A stretch of DNA of 64,000 nucleotides, taken from positions 164,749-228,748 of the forward strand of contig JAWQFM010000028.1 in NCBI GenBank assembly GCA_033442325.1, in the 5' to 3' direction. This stretch comes from Salpingoeca rosetta (lineage: Eukaryota > Protista > Choanoflagellata). Position numbers and translations under genes: made by a program. Below, one piece after another: positions 18,452 to 33,453 of this stretch. Under the pieces are notes generated by a model, which searched no databases, had not been told where the DNA came from, and was given only the letters and a program-made list of their open reading frames with translations. Positions within the stretch are counted from its first letter, which is position 1, and each line of letters begins with the position of its first letter.

Positions 18452-19396
18452 CTACAACTACAACAGCAGCAGCAGCAGCTGTCGGCTGATGCACGCGGCA
18501 CAAATGAGGACGAAATTGTGGTGTTGGACGATGGTGATGATGATGATGATGATGATGACGGCCAATGTGTTCGCGGTGGGGATACTGGCCGAGGTGTGGC
18601 ACCTTCCACGCGCGACCAAGCCTCCAGTCGGGCTGCAGCATGGGGTGGGCAGATTACGATCGATGACGATGCTGGTGCCGACGGCAGTCGTGGTGATGGT
18701 GACGGTGGTGGTGATGGTCGTGGCCGACTCAGCCCTGCTGAACAGCTGCGGAAGACGTGGGTCAAGGCTGCGCGCGTCGGTGCAGCGTCCCCAGAGCACG
18801 ACCGCGACTATGACAGCGGCGACGGTGGCAACGAGGATGGTGGCGATGATGAACGTGGTGAAGGCGGTGGCGACAGACACGAGACACGCGCCGCCAAGCA
18901 GCCGCAACAACACCAGCAGCCAGAACAGCGGAAGGCACGTCAACACCCGCAGGCACAACGACAACAACACAACCAACAGCACCAGCACCAGCGAGGCCGC
19001 GGGCTTGAGTCGGCGTTTTCGGACTTGCAGCGCGAATTGCTTGCAGGCAACACGGCGGCGTGCAGGGACATTGTGTACCGGCACCCGTTTGTTGTGCAGA
19101 TGCGCGGGAAGGGTGGCGTGACGCCGCTGCACGTGGCATGCGCTATGGGCAACGTCGCCTTTGCACTGGAGCTTCTCACCATGGGCGCGGACGTGAACGC
19201 GCGCACCGATGCAGGCGACACGCCGCTGCACAACGCCGTGTTCATTGGGCGGGTGGACCTGGTTCGCCTGCTGCTTATGCATGATGCAAGGGTTGCTGTG
19301 ACGTCGAATGACGGCGTCACGGTGATGGACATAGCAGCCACCAAGCCACCGCAGATGCGCCAACTCCTGCAGCAGTACCAACAGCGCCAGCAGTAG
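15537..19396 (+). CDS. ZCCHC8-like PSP-domain protein with C-terminal ankyrin repeats; exons 15537-16423, 16705-16766, 17031-19396
   Basis: VKVVFRNMALAKRL and LVFYTTHYEDLTG..DPNLTDAYAPPQYE resemble ZCCHC8 N-terminal blocks. Spliced PSP domain: YEPGRLSENLRKALGIKSTDLPMYIARMRQLGYPPGW. Ankyrin repeats: GVTPLHVAC..GADVNARTDAGDTPLHNA. Confidence 0.8.
16435..16576. repeat. Imperfect (TTG)n intronic repeat
   Basis: TTG runs punctuated by TTTAAG. Confidence 0.9.
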
Positions 19397-19913
19397 CAGA
19401 AACAACGCTCGCAGCGGTGGCACATGCATGTGATGGAGCATGTTGGAGGGGGGGTTGTTTGCAGTTAGTGTGCGTGCCTGTATGCGTGTGCGTATGTGCG
19501 TGTGCGTGTGCGTGTGTGTGTGTGCGTGCGTGTTGGTTAGACCGGTGGGCATGTAGCTTGCATTTTAATAAATGGTCCAATTTGATGGAATGAAAAAGTT
19601 GAGATGCGATGAGACACGCCATGGTGGACTGTGTTGGTTGTATTCGAGGAGGCATGTGTCAGTGCTGTGTCGGATGTGCGTCTAACTTCATCGCTTCAAG
19701 AATGTTTTTCTTATGAAGTGATTGGGTCATTCTGTGCACTTGCACACCAACAGCACAACAAACACAACAAACACAACAAACACAACAAACACAACAAACA
19801 CAATCCTCTAATGACACACAACACGGCCGTGAATTCTATTGCAGAGAGTTCAAGGAGCCTGAGCAGCTCTAAGATCTCTTGGTCTCACTTGCTCGTACAC
19901 ACAACACAGCCAG

Positions 19914-19945
<32 letters not shown>

Positions 19946-20213
19946 AAAAAAAAACACAGTCAAGCAGTCACGATGGGTGTAAGGTTTGGGTCGTCATTGT
20001 GGTGTTTGTTTGTGGAGGAGCAACAGACAGCAGACAGAACAGTTTTTTGTCAAGCGAAACAAGCAAGACACACACCGAAAGACCTGACCTCGAACCACGT
20101 CTCGATCCGTGATCCCTGCAACTCACACCCACAGCACACACCTCCCCTTCCCCTTCCTCTTCCTCTTCCTCTTCCTCTTTCTCTTTGATTCACGCCGAGC
20201 CCTGCCTGCCGCA

Positions 20214-22199
<1,986 letters not shown>

Positions 22200-23670
22200 T
22201 AACGTCCACCTCTCCGCCCCCCCCTTTATCTGTCGTTCCTCTTCCTGCGGCTGGTTTGTCATGTGACATGATGTGTTCCGTCCCTCCGTGCAACATCAAC
22301 CACACCCGTGCTCCGCTGCACCACGTTATTCATCTTGCTGTCCTGCGTTTGCTTAGCTCGTCCCCTCAACCCCCAAACAACTTCCTCTACCTGCGCGCAC
22401 ACACACACTCTCTCCTTCCATGTTCTGCTTCCGCATTCCATCAAAGCACATAAACGAACCAAACACCCTGTGGTGTCTTCGCCATGATTGTGTACACACA
22501 CTCGACTGTTGGCTCCCGTCGCCCTCGCGCACTCTTTCATGCATCTTTGTGTGTATAGATGGGTTTTTTCCTGTTGTATTTGAACAAACAAGTAAGGATC
22601 AAGGTGCTCATATCGGCAGTGCAAGACACACAGTGCTGCCGAGACAAAAAAGGCAGTCAAAACACCACGCGAATGAGCGGAGGAAGGAAAGGCAGTGGAT
22701 CTAAGGCCGCATCGGGTGCAAGCGGAGAGCGGAGAGCAGAAGGAGTAGACGCAAAACGAGGTTGAGGACGATGCTCAAACGTGAAGAAAAGAATCAACAT
22801 GCGCTTGGAGCAAGCCCCCGGGGTAGGTGGAAGGCGTTAACCGTAAGTGAGTCAACAAAACGTGATACGGGGTCGGTGAAACCAAACGAGCGACGGGTAT
22901 TCCGAGCATGAACACACACACAAACAGGGACGGAATCAACAACCGTGCGTGTGAGGCCGTGAAAACAGCACACACGCGCACGGAAGCTGAGACCGCACAT
23001 GCCTGTGCAAACAAACAAGCTCCCCGTGCCCGCCGGCCACATGCCCAACGCCGCCGCCATGCCAAGCCATTTTCCCTTGGGCACCTCGGGGCCCTTTTGT
23101 GGTGCAAACACACAGTGGCTCAATGACCACTGCGGCACCGCGCCTCTCCAACCCCTCTCCGGCCTCCGCCCACATCCAAAACGGAAGAGAAACCACTGAC
23201 CATCCAAACCACACAACCAACACGTGACATCTCAGACCACCTCAAATGTCACACACAGAACACTGCAGAGCCCAGCACAACCAATACAAAACACCGTGAT
23301 CCCCCGGACGCAAGTTACATCTCTCGCAAGCGAAACAAACACAAGGTGCTTCCACACACCACCCGCAAACCCTGCCCTTGGCTTCCAAAAGTGGCCATCC
23401 ATCCCATCCACACGAGACTCGTCGGAGGCGAGGCAAGTGGGAACAGCATCAACAACCACCAGAGGGAGAAAAGAGCAAAGGAAAGAGACTAGAATGTGGC
23501 CACCAGCCACCTCGGTCACAACAACCAACCCACAAACACAAAACAGCCAACGCGCAGCGCGTGCCGTGAAGGCACGTGACTGCGCGCCAACCTCTCATGA
23601 TGTGGGCGAGCGCGATGAACGAGACAACTGGTAAGGCGAGACGCCCGGATAGCAAACGCAGCGGGTGCGT

Positions 23671-23748
23671 TTACTTGGAGCGAGCGCGCATCTTGCGGCG
23701 CTTGCGCTTCATGCGGCGCATACGCTTCTTCCTCCACTTGGCACGCAT
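23671..23748 (-). CDS. RPL41: Ribosomal protein eL41 (eS32), 25 aa
   Basis: MRAKWRKKRMRRMKRKRRKMRARSK-TAA is nearly identical to canonical eL41. The ATG sits directly after a 3' splice site (acag|ATG). Confidence 0.96.
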   Translation of the reverse strand: MRAKWRKKRMRRMKRKRRKMRARSK

Positions 23749-23998
23749 CTGTTGTGTTGGAACGGAGAAAAGGAGTGTGTGTTGAAGAAGTGGGTGTGTG
23801 AGAGCGTGTGAGTGAGCGCAGAAATAACAAGAAAGAGGGACACACAGAGAGAGGGTGGTTGAGCAGACACGCATGGACACAAAGGGCAGTGGCACAGCAG
23901 GCGTGGACACAAAGGGCATGGGGACAGCAGAGAGGCAGGGTTGATTCATATCCATCCATCCATCCACATCACGCGCACACGCAGAGCTGTTCACGCAC

Positions 23999-24042
23999 CT
24001 TCGGGGGTTTATCTGGGTTGATCTCAACAACAAAAAAAAAGG
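23999..24042 (-). promoter_or_regulatory. Putative non-coding first exon of RPL41 starting with a 5'TOP/TCT-like tract; intron 23749-23998
   Basis: Minus strand reads CCTTTTTTTTTGTTG...CCCCGAAG|GTGCGT (donor). The acceptor CAG abuts the ATG. Confidence 0.55.
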
Positions 24043-24581
24043 CACAAGCACGGCCGTCTTTCTGACGCACACGCTGTTGATGGCCGAGTGCGCACTTTGA
24101 AAACAGGACGCGGTGTATCAACGATGGTGAGATTACTACATGAAGATATAAACGTAAAGCAGGCGCAATGTACGTTTCGTGGATTGCGGATTATTAGACG
24201 AAGATATCAATGACTCTTCCAGAATCGCAGATTTCAAACAATCAACAACACAAACAGTAGCAAATCTAGGACAAATAGGACGCGCCATACATGTGGATCA
24301 AAAATAGGACAACGTTGTGCAAGTCCTGCCAATGCACGTTGTGCGCGCAGATGCATGTGCATGTGCGAAATCGTGCACACAGCGCAGCAGAGCTTGCTTG
24401 CTTGCTTGGCTGACGTCATGCTGCACTGCGATAAGGACACTTTCACAACAGTCACACACTTACTTATGAACGAACACACGCACACATACACACACACAAC
24501 GCAACACACGCACACACACACATACACACACACGCACGCACACACACACGCACACACACGCACGCACACACACACGCACAC

Positions 24582-24636
<55 letters not shown>

Positions 24637-24716
24637 CACCACCATCATATGACACTGCCATTTATTAACTTGTTTCCTTCCCAGCTTCCCTCGTCCAACT
24701 TCTGCAAGCGAGCAAG

Positions 24717-25825
24717 ATGCAGCGGTTCACACGTGCGTTTGCGGTGTACAACCACAAACAGTTTGGGGAGATGACGCGGCAGGCCATCCTGGCACTGCCT
24801 TCCATCCCAAGCATCTCCCCTTCCTACCCAAAGGGGCCTTTCCACTTTCGCGATCGGGAGTACTTCATCGTCGAGTACGAGACCGACATCAAGCGCCTCA
24901 AGCAGGTCGTGCCGTGGCCCCTCGTCCCAGCATCCAACCGCATCCTGTGCGTTGCAGGTGGAGAGAGGGAGAGAGAGACTGTCTGTGTGTGCGTGTGGGG
25001 GGTGTGTGTGTGTGTGCGTGTGCGTGTATGTACGTATGAATATGCGAGTGTGAATGTGTGCGTGTGCGTGAACATACATGGATGTGTGTGCGTGTGCGTG
25101 CGTGTGTGAAGTTCATGGATGCGTATCAGTGCGAGTAAGTACATGACCTTGATGTATGGGCCAACTTTGCAGCCCATGATTCAAGGCCCTATCCTCACTT
25201 GCACAAGGATGCACGCTACCTCCCTAACTCTCTTCCTTTCCTCTCCGATCTTTCACCCTTATTTCCTCGCCATCATCACACAACAACAATGCAATCCCTT
25301 TGTGCAGGTACGAGTGGATCAACATGCCTGACTCGTCTGGCTTTGGCTCTTACAGCGAGTCTGGCTGCGTCGTGCCCTGCCTTCTCAACGGGGAAGCCGT
25401 CAACTACACTCTCTCCATGTGCGTATGTGTGTGTATGTGTGCGTATGTGTGTGTATGTGTGTGTACGTGTGTGTACGTGTATGTGTGTGTACGTGTGTGT
25501 ATGTGTGTGTACGTGTATGTGTGTGTACGTGTATGTATGGGTTTGTCAGTGTGCATTCAGTGTGCATTCACTGTGCACACAGCTGTTGCAACTGCTCTCA
25601 AGCGGCTACATACGCCCACAAATAATTCATCCTCGTTCACTGTTCCCCGCCACCACGCAACCACTCAACCACTCACGTGCTCTGATAGGTACCTCGATGA
25701 CGAGCCGCCAACGGCAGCCGGCCGTGAGCTGTGGGGATTCCCCAAGCGCCATGCCATGCCATCACTTCGCACAGAAAAGGACACGTTGGTTGGTGTGCTG
25801 AAACACGCAGGTGCGATGCCTAGGC

Positions 25826-25858
<33 letters not shown>

Positions 25859-26316
25859 CTGATTGTGAGTGTTGGTCGTACATGTACTTCTTGTACATGC
25901 TTGTGTGTACATCTCCCTCTACTGCCTACGTTTCCCGCTGCGTTCCCCATCGTATTATGCCCGCAACACATCGTCCCATTCAGCCCGTTGTCACTTGCCT
26001 ACATCTCTCACAACTCACGCCTCGGCCCATCAACCCCCAACACGCGTGTGCGCGCAGGGCAACTGGCGGTGATGGGCACGATGGCATTCAAGCACCAGAG
26101 GACAGACCCTGCACTCGCTGCGGACAAGCTCTCTCGCACCACGTGCAACCTCCGTCTGATCCCCGATGTCAACGGCGGCCTCACCAGCGCACAGCTCGTC
26201 GGCTTTAACCTCGAAGACGTGGAGGTTAAAGAGGCGTGGACAGGTGTGTAGCTGCCCCTTGTGTACACTTGAAGTGGTGTTATGTGTGACTTTGGGAACA
26301 TGGGCAGTTTGAGATT

Positions 26317-26394
<78 letters not shown>

Positions 26395-27388
26395 ACCACC
26401 ACCACCACCACCACCACCACCACCACCACCACCACCACCACCACCACCAATAATAGGCCCTGCAAGGTTGCACTTGAACCCACACGTGACGGCGCCGGCC
26501 TCAAATCTTCCGGTGCGCAGGATCATTGGCGGCACACACATGAAGACCAACCTCACGCTGCCACTGGGGCGCGTCATGTACGACTACAAGAACCCCGCCT
26601 TTGAGTACACGCCTGACGACCACGACGACGACCATCTCTCGCCAGCCAAGGTGCTGAAGGCGCCCGCCATGCCGATTATGGCGCCGTCGTATCCACGCGT
26701 GCTCAACCACATCCACAACCGCGAGTCGCTGTTCATCAAATACAACACGACGCGCGAAGCCATCCTCGCCAACCTCCCGTACAACGTGGAGGCAAACGAC
26801 GACAACGTGGTGCTGCTCTCCTGGAGCAAGACTGAGAGCACGGGCATTGGCGCGTATAACAAGTTCAACGTGCATATCCCCTGCCGCTACAACGGCGAGG
26901 AGTTTCTCTTTGCGGTCCTGAGCGTGATGGACTCGGGTGTCACCCTCAATGCCGGCAGGGAGATTTATGGCCAGCCGTGCAAGTACGGCTTCCCTTCCCT
27001 GTTTATCGACAAGGACACGCTCAGCGCCAAGCTTGCATTTGGCGAGCAGGAGTGTGTGGCTGCCACATCCCTGTATAAGCACAGCCCCATGACCCTCCAT
27101 GACGCAGCCATGCTTGCAAGCACGCCCGAGCTCAACCTCAAGTTCATTCCCGGCGTGAGCGGCGCGCCCGATGTTGCGCAACTTGTTGCCATCCGCTACG
27201 GGCAGCCGGAACTCGACACGTCTGTCATGCACAAGAGCACAGCACGTGTTGCGCTCTTTCCGCACGTCAACGCGCCCGTGGCCGACTTCCTTGTCATGGA
27301 GCAATCTGACTGCTGGGCATATCACATGCGCATCAAGCACTGCAAGCTGCAGGGGGAGGTCGTGCACGACTACCTGCTGCAGGAGTAG
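24717..27388 (+). CDS. Tandem (two-domain) acetoacetate decarboxylase-like protein, 5 exons
   Basis: Domain 1: SPSYPKGPFHFRDREY..DSSGFGSYSESG..YLDDEPPTAAGRELWGFPKR..DTLVG. Domain 2: APSYPR..NRES..TGIGAYNKF..AGREIYGQPCKYGFPSLFIDKDTL. Both end in the ADC-like V.YDY/VVHDYL motif. Confidence 0.88.
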
Positions 27389-27895
27389 CGGCACCAGTGG
27401 ATAGTTCGAGGCCACGTGGAACAAAGCGTGCGGGGGGTGGCGCACGCGCGCGTGTCTGGACTCGTGTGTGTGTGTATGTGTGTATGTGTGTGTGTGTGTG
27501 TGAGCTTGCGGACTGCATGTGCGTGCGTGTTTGAGTGCAAGTAGGATAGGGTTTGTGCGCGTTCCAATTCGATGTGCGTGCTTGGTATGATGATGAGAAT
27601 GTTCTAATGCAGGCTTGACTGTGTGAATATGGATTTTCTGACTGACTAAACCGTGGCAACGGAAAGGGAGGAAGCAAGAGAGCTGGGTGAAGCCGGGGAG
27701 TGGGTAACCCAGTTGGAGGGGTGCAGCGACAGGAAGGGTGGGGGAGGAGGAGGAGAAGGGGGGAGGACATCGTGGGACATGGTCGCAGGCAAACACACAA
27801 AGCACACACACACACAAAGCACACACACACACACACACAACCATACACAGACACTGACACACACAGACACTGACACACGCTTACACGCTTAGATA

Positions 27896-27959
<64 letters not shown>

Positions 27960-27968
27960 ACGCATACA

Positions 27969-28537
27969 TCAGTCGACGCTGCGAATGCCAACGGCGGCGA
28001 AGAAGAGGAGGAGGAGGGTCCATGCAAGCACAACAACAAACCCAAGCCACACATCCTGGTGCAAAATTGTCCAGCCACGAAGCATGAGGGAGCGCATTGC
28101 CTCTGCTGCCCACGTGGTCGGCATGATATAGGAAATGTACAGCAGCCATTGCGGTATTGCCTGCCAATACGAAAGGGGGGGGGGGTAGTAGGAAGGAATA
28201 GGTGTGCTGTGTGTGAACGTGCGAAAACACAAACACACGTGCGTGCAATCTGCTTTATCATCACGAGACACCACAGGAATACACACACACACACACACAC
28301 ACTGCACGTGTCGTCATGGGTGGTACCTGGAGGGGCCAGAGGACGCCGCTGAGGAGGAGAACGGGGAAGAAACTGCCCATGGCCACCTGAATCGCGCCAA
28401 CTTCGCTGTCAACCTGTGTCGAGATGAACAGCCCGTCTGGCAAAGTTGGGGTATTAGGGCCCCGGGGAGGGGGGGGGGGGGCTCAAGGATGAGCAGAAGA
28501 AGGAACCTGGAGTGTGTGCTGGTGATAGCAGCACTTG

Positions 28538-28579
<42 letters not shown>

Positions 28580-29041
28580 ACCTACCCCCCCCCACACACA
28601 CACGCATCAACTCACATGCCATGCCGCTGAGGCCAAGCATCATCATGAGGACGATGACCCAGGCCAGCGAGCCGACAATGGGCAGTTTGAAGACAACGAG
28701 CGCAAAGAACAGCACAGCGGCCGTCTGCCCAGCCAGGATCCAAAACTGCGTGGCCATGTGGGCCAGAATCACGTCGCTCGCACGTGCGCCGGCCACCCAC
28801 ACGCGGTCCAGCAGCCCTTCCTTGCGGTCCAGCACGAAGGACATGGCCGTGAGCCCAATCGCCTGCGCAAACGTGATGCTCACCTGGCATATGCAGCGGT
28901 GGGTGTGAGTGAGTGAGGGGGAGGGGGTGAGGGGGTGAGGGGGAGTGAGTGTATGCGAGTGTGTGTAATGCCGCTAGACGGACGAAAACCAACATACAGC
29001 ATGTCTCATACGCAGCAAAAAGACAACCACAAGCTTCGCTG

Positions 29042-29104
<63 letters not shown>

Positions 29105-29432
29105 ATGATGCCTGGGGCAACAAAGTCTGTGAAGGTTGGGTGCAGCTCGCCGTAAATTGGTTTCTCAAAGCGGACGGGGCTGGCAGCCAAGGTGGACAGA
29201 TTCCCGAGCACAGCATCCACCATTCTGACACCCCGACGTCACAAAGTGGCGAAAAGGTGAAGGCAAGGCAACACAGGGGAGAATGTGGGTTGTCACGTTT
29301 GGGGATGATGCTGAACAAAGGAGAAGGAGGACACAGAAGGTGGAGGGAGGATACACATAAGTGCACACGAACACACAAATACACAACAACAAATGCACGC
29401 ACACATACAGAACACGTACAGGCACACGCACG

Positions 29433-29492
<60 letters not shown>

Positions 29493-31746
29493 ACACGCAT
29501 GACCGTGCTTACGATTCGAATGCGGCTGCAGTTGCTGCTTCGATGGCGATGGAGATCTGCTGGTTGCTGTTGTCGAGCGTCAAACTGATCTGAGACCCCG
29601 CAATCACAGCAGGGGAGTCGTCCTTGGATACTACACACGTTTTGTGCATGTGTGTGTGTGTGTGCGCGAGCACAATAATGGTCAACATCAAATGGGTCGT
29701 TTCAGCTGCGTGAGTGCGCATGTGACAATTCATGAAGCAACGGCGTTCATCATCCTCCAACGTCAGCCAGGCGGCCAAACCAGACAAAAAAAATGCCTGC
29801 ACACATACATACACCTACACACACAACGCTCGCACAACACAATGCCTACGCACGTCGTTTGATGATGTCTTGGGAGTAGTTGCCTGCAAACTGGTACACG
29901 CCCCAGCAGTCGCCACGGTGTATGCGGTGCACGGCCTCCTCGTACGTGGCAACAGGAACCTGTCAGTCGTGCACAGTGACGATGATGACAATGATGATGG
30001 TGGTGTTGGTGGTGGCTGGGTTAGCTTGTGACACTCAGCAACAACAAAGGAGGCAGACAAAGCCGAGCGGAAATGCCGTACCCTCATGTGAATCGCACAT
30101 GCAAACATTCGCACACACAAAACCAAACATAAACACACGTACAAACACACACGTACAAACACACACGTACAAACACACACGTACAAACACACACACACAC
30201 ACACACACACAATCACAGGTACGTACCTGGTGGATGGTCTTGTTTGAGAGCTGGTGGAGGTAGATGTCTGAGAAGCGAAGCGTGTGGGCGGTGGGCAGCG
30301 AGACGTTCACCCCCACATCGTCGTTCACGACCGCCATGCGTAGGCCTGTCGGGTCCCGGCCAATGGCAAGGCAGTACAGGATGATTTGCAGGGCTGGCAG
30401 CATAAACTGGAACACGAGCAGGCCGTAGTTGCGTCCGAGGCGTAGCATGTTCTTTACCAGCAGCGCGTAGAAGTTGCGCCACGTCGGCAGGCCAGGCCCC
30501 CATCGGCGCCGGGAGGACTGAGTCTTCTTTGTGCGTTTAGCACGGTTGGGTCGCGCTCTGCCAGCGCCATAACGCTCCACAGCGCCTTCCCCCTTTCGCG
30601 ACCTCTGTTGTTGTTGCTGTTGTTGCTGCTGGTGGTGGTGGTGGTGGCGGCTGGATGCGAGGAGAGGCGCTGCCTCGTCGATCTCCTGCCCAGTGGCGTT
30701 GAGCGAACCCGTATCGTTCACATGCGCAGCATGCGGGCGCCCCTGTGTGCCATGGGCGCGGGTGTCGGCATGGCCTGCTGTCTTGGAGCGGCGATCAAAT
30801 CGAAAAGAACGACGACGTTGTTGCTGTTGCTGCTGCTCCCCTATTTCTTCCTCGCCTTCCTCCTCCTCTTCTTCCGCTACCGCCACCACTGTGCTCTGCT
30901 CATCTTCCCTCTGGCCATCACCGCCACTGCTGCTGCTGCTGCTTCCTCGACTTCTCCAGTCGCCAGCGACGCGGTCCAGTGTGCACAGGTCATCGTGGGT
31001 GTTGGCGCCGATGCTGTGCGTGTGGCACAGGGCAAGAAAGGTGTCTTCGAGAGACGACATGTGCAGGCGGTGGATGAGGTGCTCTGGCTCCGCCTCCGCC
31101 AGCAGCCGCCCCCCACGCATCATGCCAACGTACATCGCCTGCGATGGCGAGTGAGTGAGTGAGTGGGTGAGTGAGTGTATGAGTAAACGTGGTGTCATAT
31201 GGTCTCATGTATGGCTTCCACCAGCAACATCAACGTATGCTCGCCCTTCACATCAAATACGACGACGACCACCAGTGCCACCACCACGACAACCACGACC
31301 ACCACAACCACGTGAGGGCACCTGGCGCGCCTCCTCGATGTAGTGCGTGGTGATGAGCACGGTGGTCGGTGACGGGCCGTTGGTCAGCTCGGTCAGGTGC
31401 TGCCACAGCCGCGCACGCAGAATCGGGTCAACCTGTGGTGTGTATGTGTGTGCGTGTATGTGTGTGTGCGTGTGTGTGGGTGTGTGAATAAGAGAACGGG
31501 ATTACCAGATCTGGCCGCGTGCAAGCAGCGTTTGCAAGACACAGCACAGCGTGCGCATAAGTACGTACGCCAACGGTCGGTTCGTCGAGAATCACGAGTG
31601 GGGGACTGTGGAGCAAGGCAGCCGTGAACGACACTGTAACACGCACATGCGCACGTGCAAATTTGTTGAGGAGTGACAGAGAGTGAAGATGGGAGCTCAT
31701 AAGTACACGTGTACACACACACACACACACACACACACCACACACA

Positions 31747-31805
<59 letters not shown>

Positions 31806-33248
31806 GAGCACACACAAGAGCTCACCGCGTCGCTTCTGGCCACCGCTCAGGTTTGCTGTCGTGGGCATGCGCGTACAAGAGGGGCGGGCGACGGGTTGAG
31901 CTGATGGAGATGGGATGAAGTTGCGACGGAGGCGTGTCTTTCACGTCGCGATGACATACAAGCACAGCATCAAAGACGCAGACACAGACACGCACAGACA
32001 CACACACACACACACACAGACACACACACACACACAAATACACACACAGACACACACAGACACACAGACACACACACACACAGGCGCAGACACACAAACA
32101 CGCAGACACACACACACAGACACACATACAGATGTATCGGTCCTTGAGGTCGATGATGTCGAGGAGGGAGAGGAGAAACGTTGCTCGCGGTTCAAACTCG
32201 TACGTCTTGAGGTTATGCAGGCTGTCGACGGCATGGCATGACGCGTGCAGTCGCGCAGATGAGCATTGGCAGAGACTTGCAGGAGTCCCTGTGTGTACAA
32301 TCAAGACGTATGTTGCAGATGCGTTCACACACTCACATGCAGAGGGAGCCGAGAGAGGGAGAAGGAGACAGAGGCAGGGCCAGAAGGAGAGGCATATGGG
32401 GGGACGCATAGACGTGCAGACCTCTCCGCACACAGTTAACACACTCACAGAACACACAGACACACAGACACACACACACAGAAACACAGAAACACAGACA
32501 CAGGCACAGGTACAGACACAGACACAGACACAGACACACACACACACACTGACCGAGCACAGAAGCGAAGGGTTTCCCAGACTGTGAAGGAAGGATACAG
32601 GGCAATCTCCTGTGGCATGTATCCAACGAGAGACCCAGGCACGGCGTGGCCCTGCGTGTTTGGCTCCTTGCCCAGGACAGTTAGGTGGCCTTCATCAATG
32701 GTCAGCCTCCCAACAAGGCACTTGAGCAGCGTTGTCTTGCCGCAACCGCTTGGCCCAAGCAGGCCGTAGATGGACCTGCAGCAGCCATGCCCACACGTAC
32801 AGTCATCACGAGAATCACACGTGAGCATCCAGCACACGGCCACGTTCAAAGGCCAGAGACACTGACACAAGAGTCACGTGCGGAAGCAAAGGGAGGCAAA
32901 GGGAACCAAGCTGCGTGTGCTTTGCGTGTGCGTTGTGTGGCTGTGTGCACGTGCGCATACGACCGTACCCGCGTGGGATGGTGAGGTTGAGGCCTTGCAG
33001 CACCTTGACCTTGGATGACCTGCGATGATTGATGACAGAGCGTTGCGAGGATGAACAAGAAGGTACACTCAGCCACACGCGTTTCAGACAGGGCAAAAGG
33101 CGCTGCAAGAGACGCAGGACGTGTGTGCTCCCACTTCACCCGTCCCGACACACCTCTTGCCGTAGGAGCGGTGGACGTTGCGAGCAACGATGGCTGCACC
33201 AGCACCATCAGCACCACCAGCGGTGCCGTCACCACCGTGACCATGCAT
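27969..33248 (-). CDS. ABC half-transporter with NBD-TMD order, ABCH-like; multi-exon
   Basis: Walker [33 protein letters not shown] on a 30-nt exon (31826-31855), [25 protein letters not shown]2-type membrane region: [26 protein letters not shown]. Confidence 0.9.
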
Positions 33249-33453
33249 CTTCGTTGCTCCGTTTGTGTGCGATAATTTCGTGCGTCTTGCTGTCCTCCCC
33301 ACAGACAGTGATTGTGAACGGGCCCTTCTTTCTTTTGTTTGACACACACGCAAGCCAACATACATACACAGGCACAGGCACATGCATACACGCATGCCGA
33401 CAGATAGATCCCCCCCTCTTTAAACACACACACACATACACATACACGAGCGA

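Noticed and set aside
22770-23330. RNase P/MRP, U3, SRP or C/D snoRNA identity
   Set aside because: Only fragmentary motif resemblance (GGTCTGAG, GGGGCTT); no complete conserved set in the right order.
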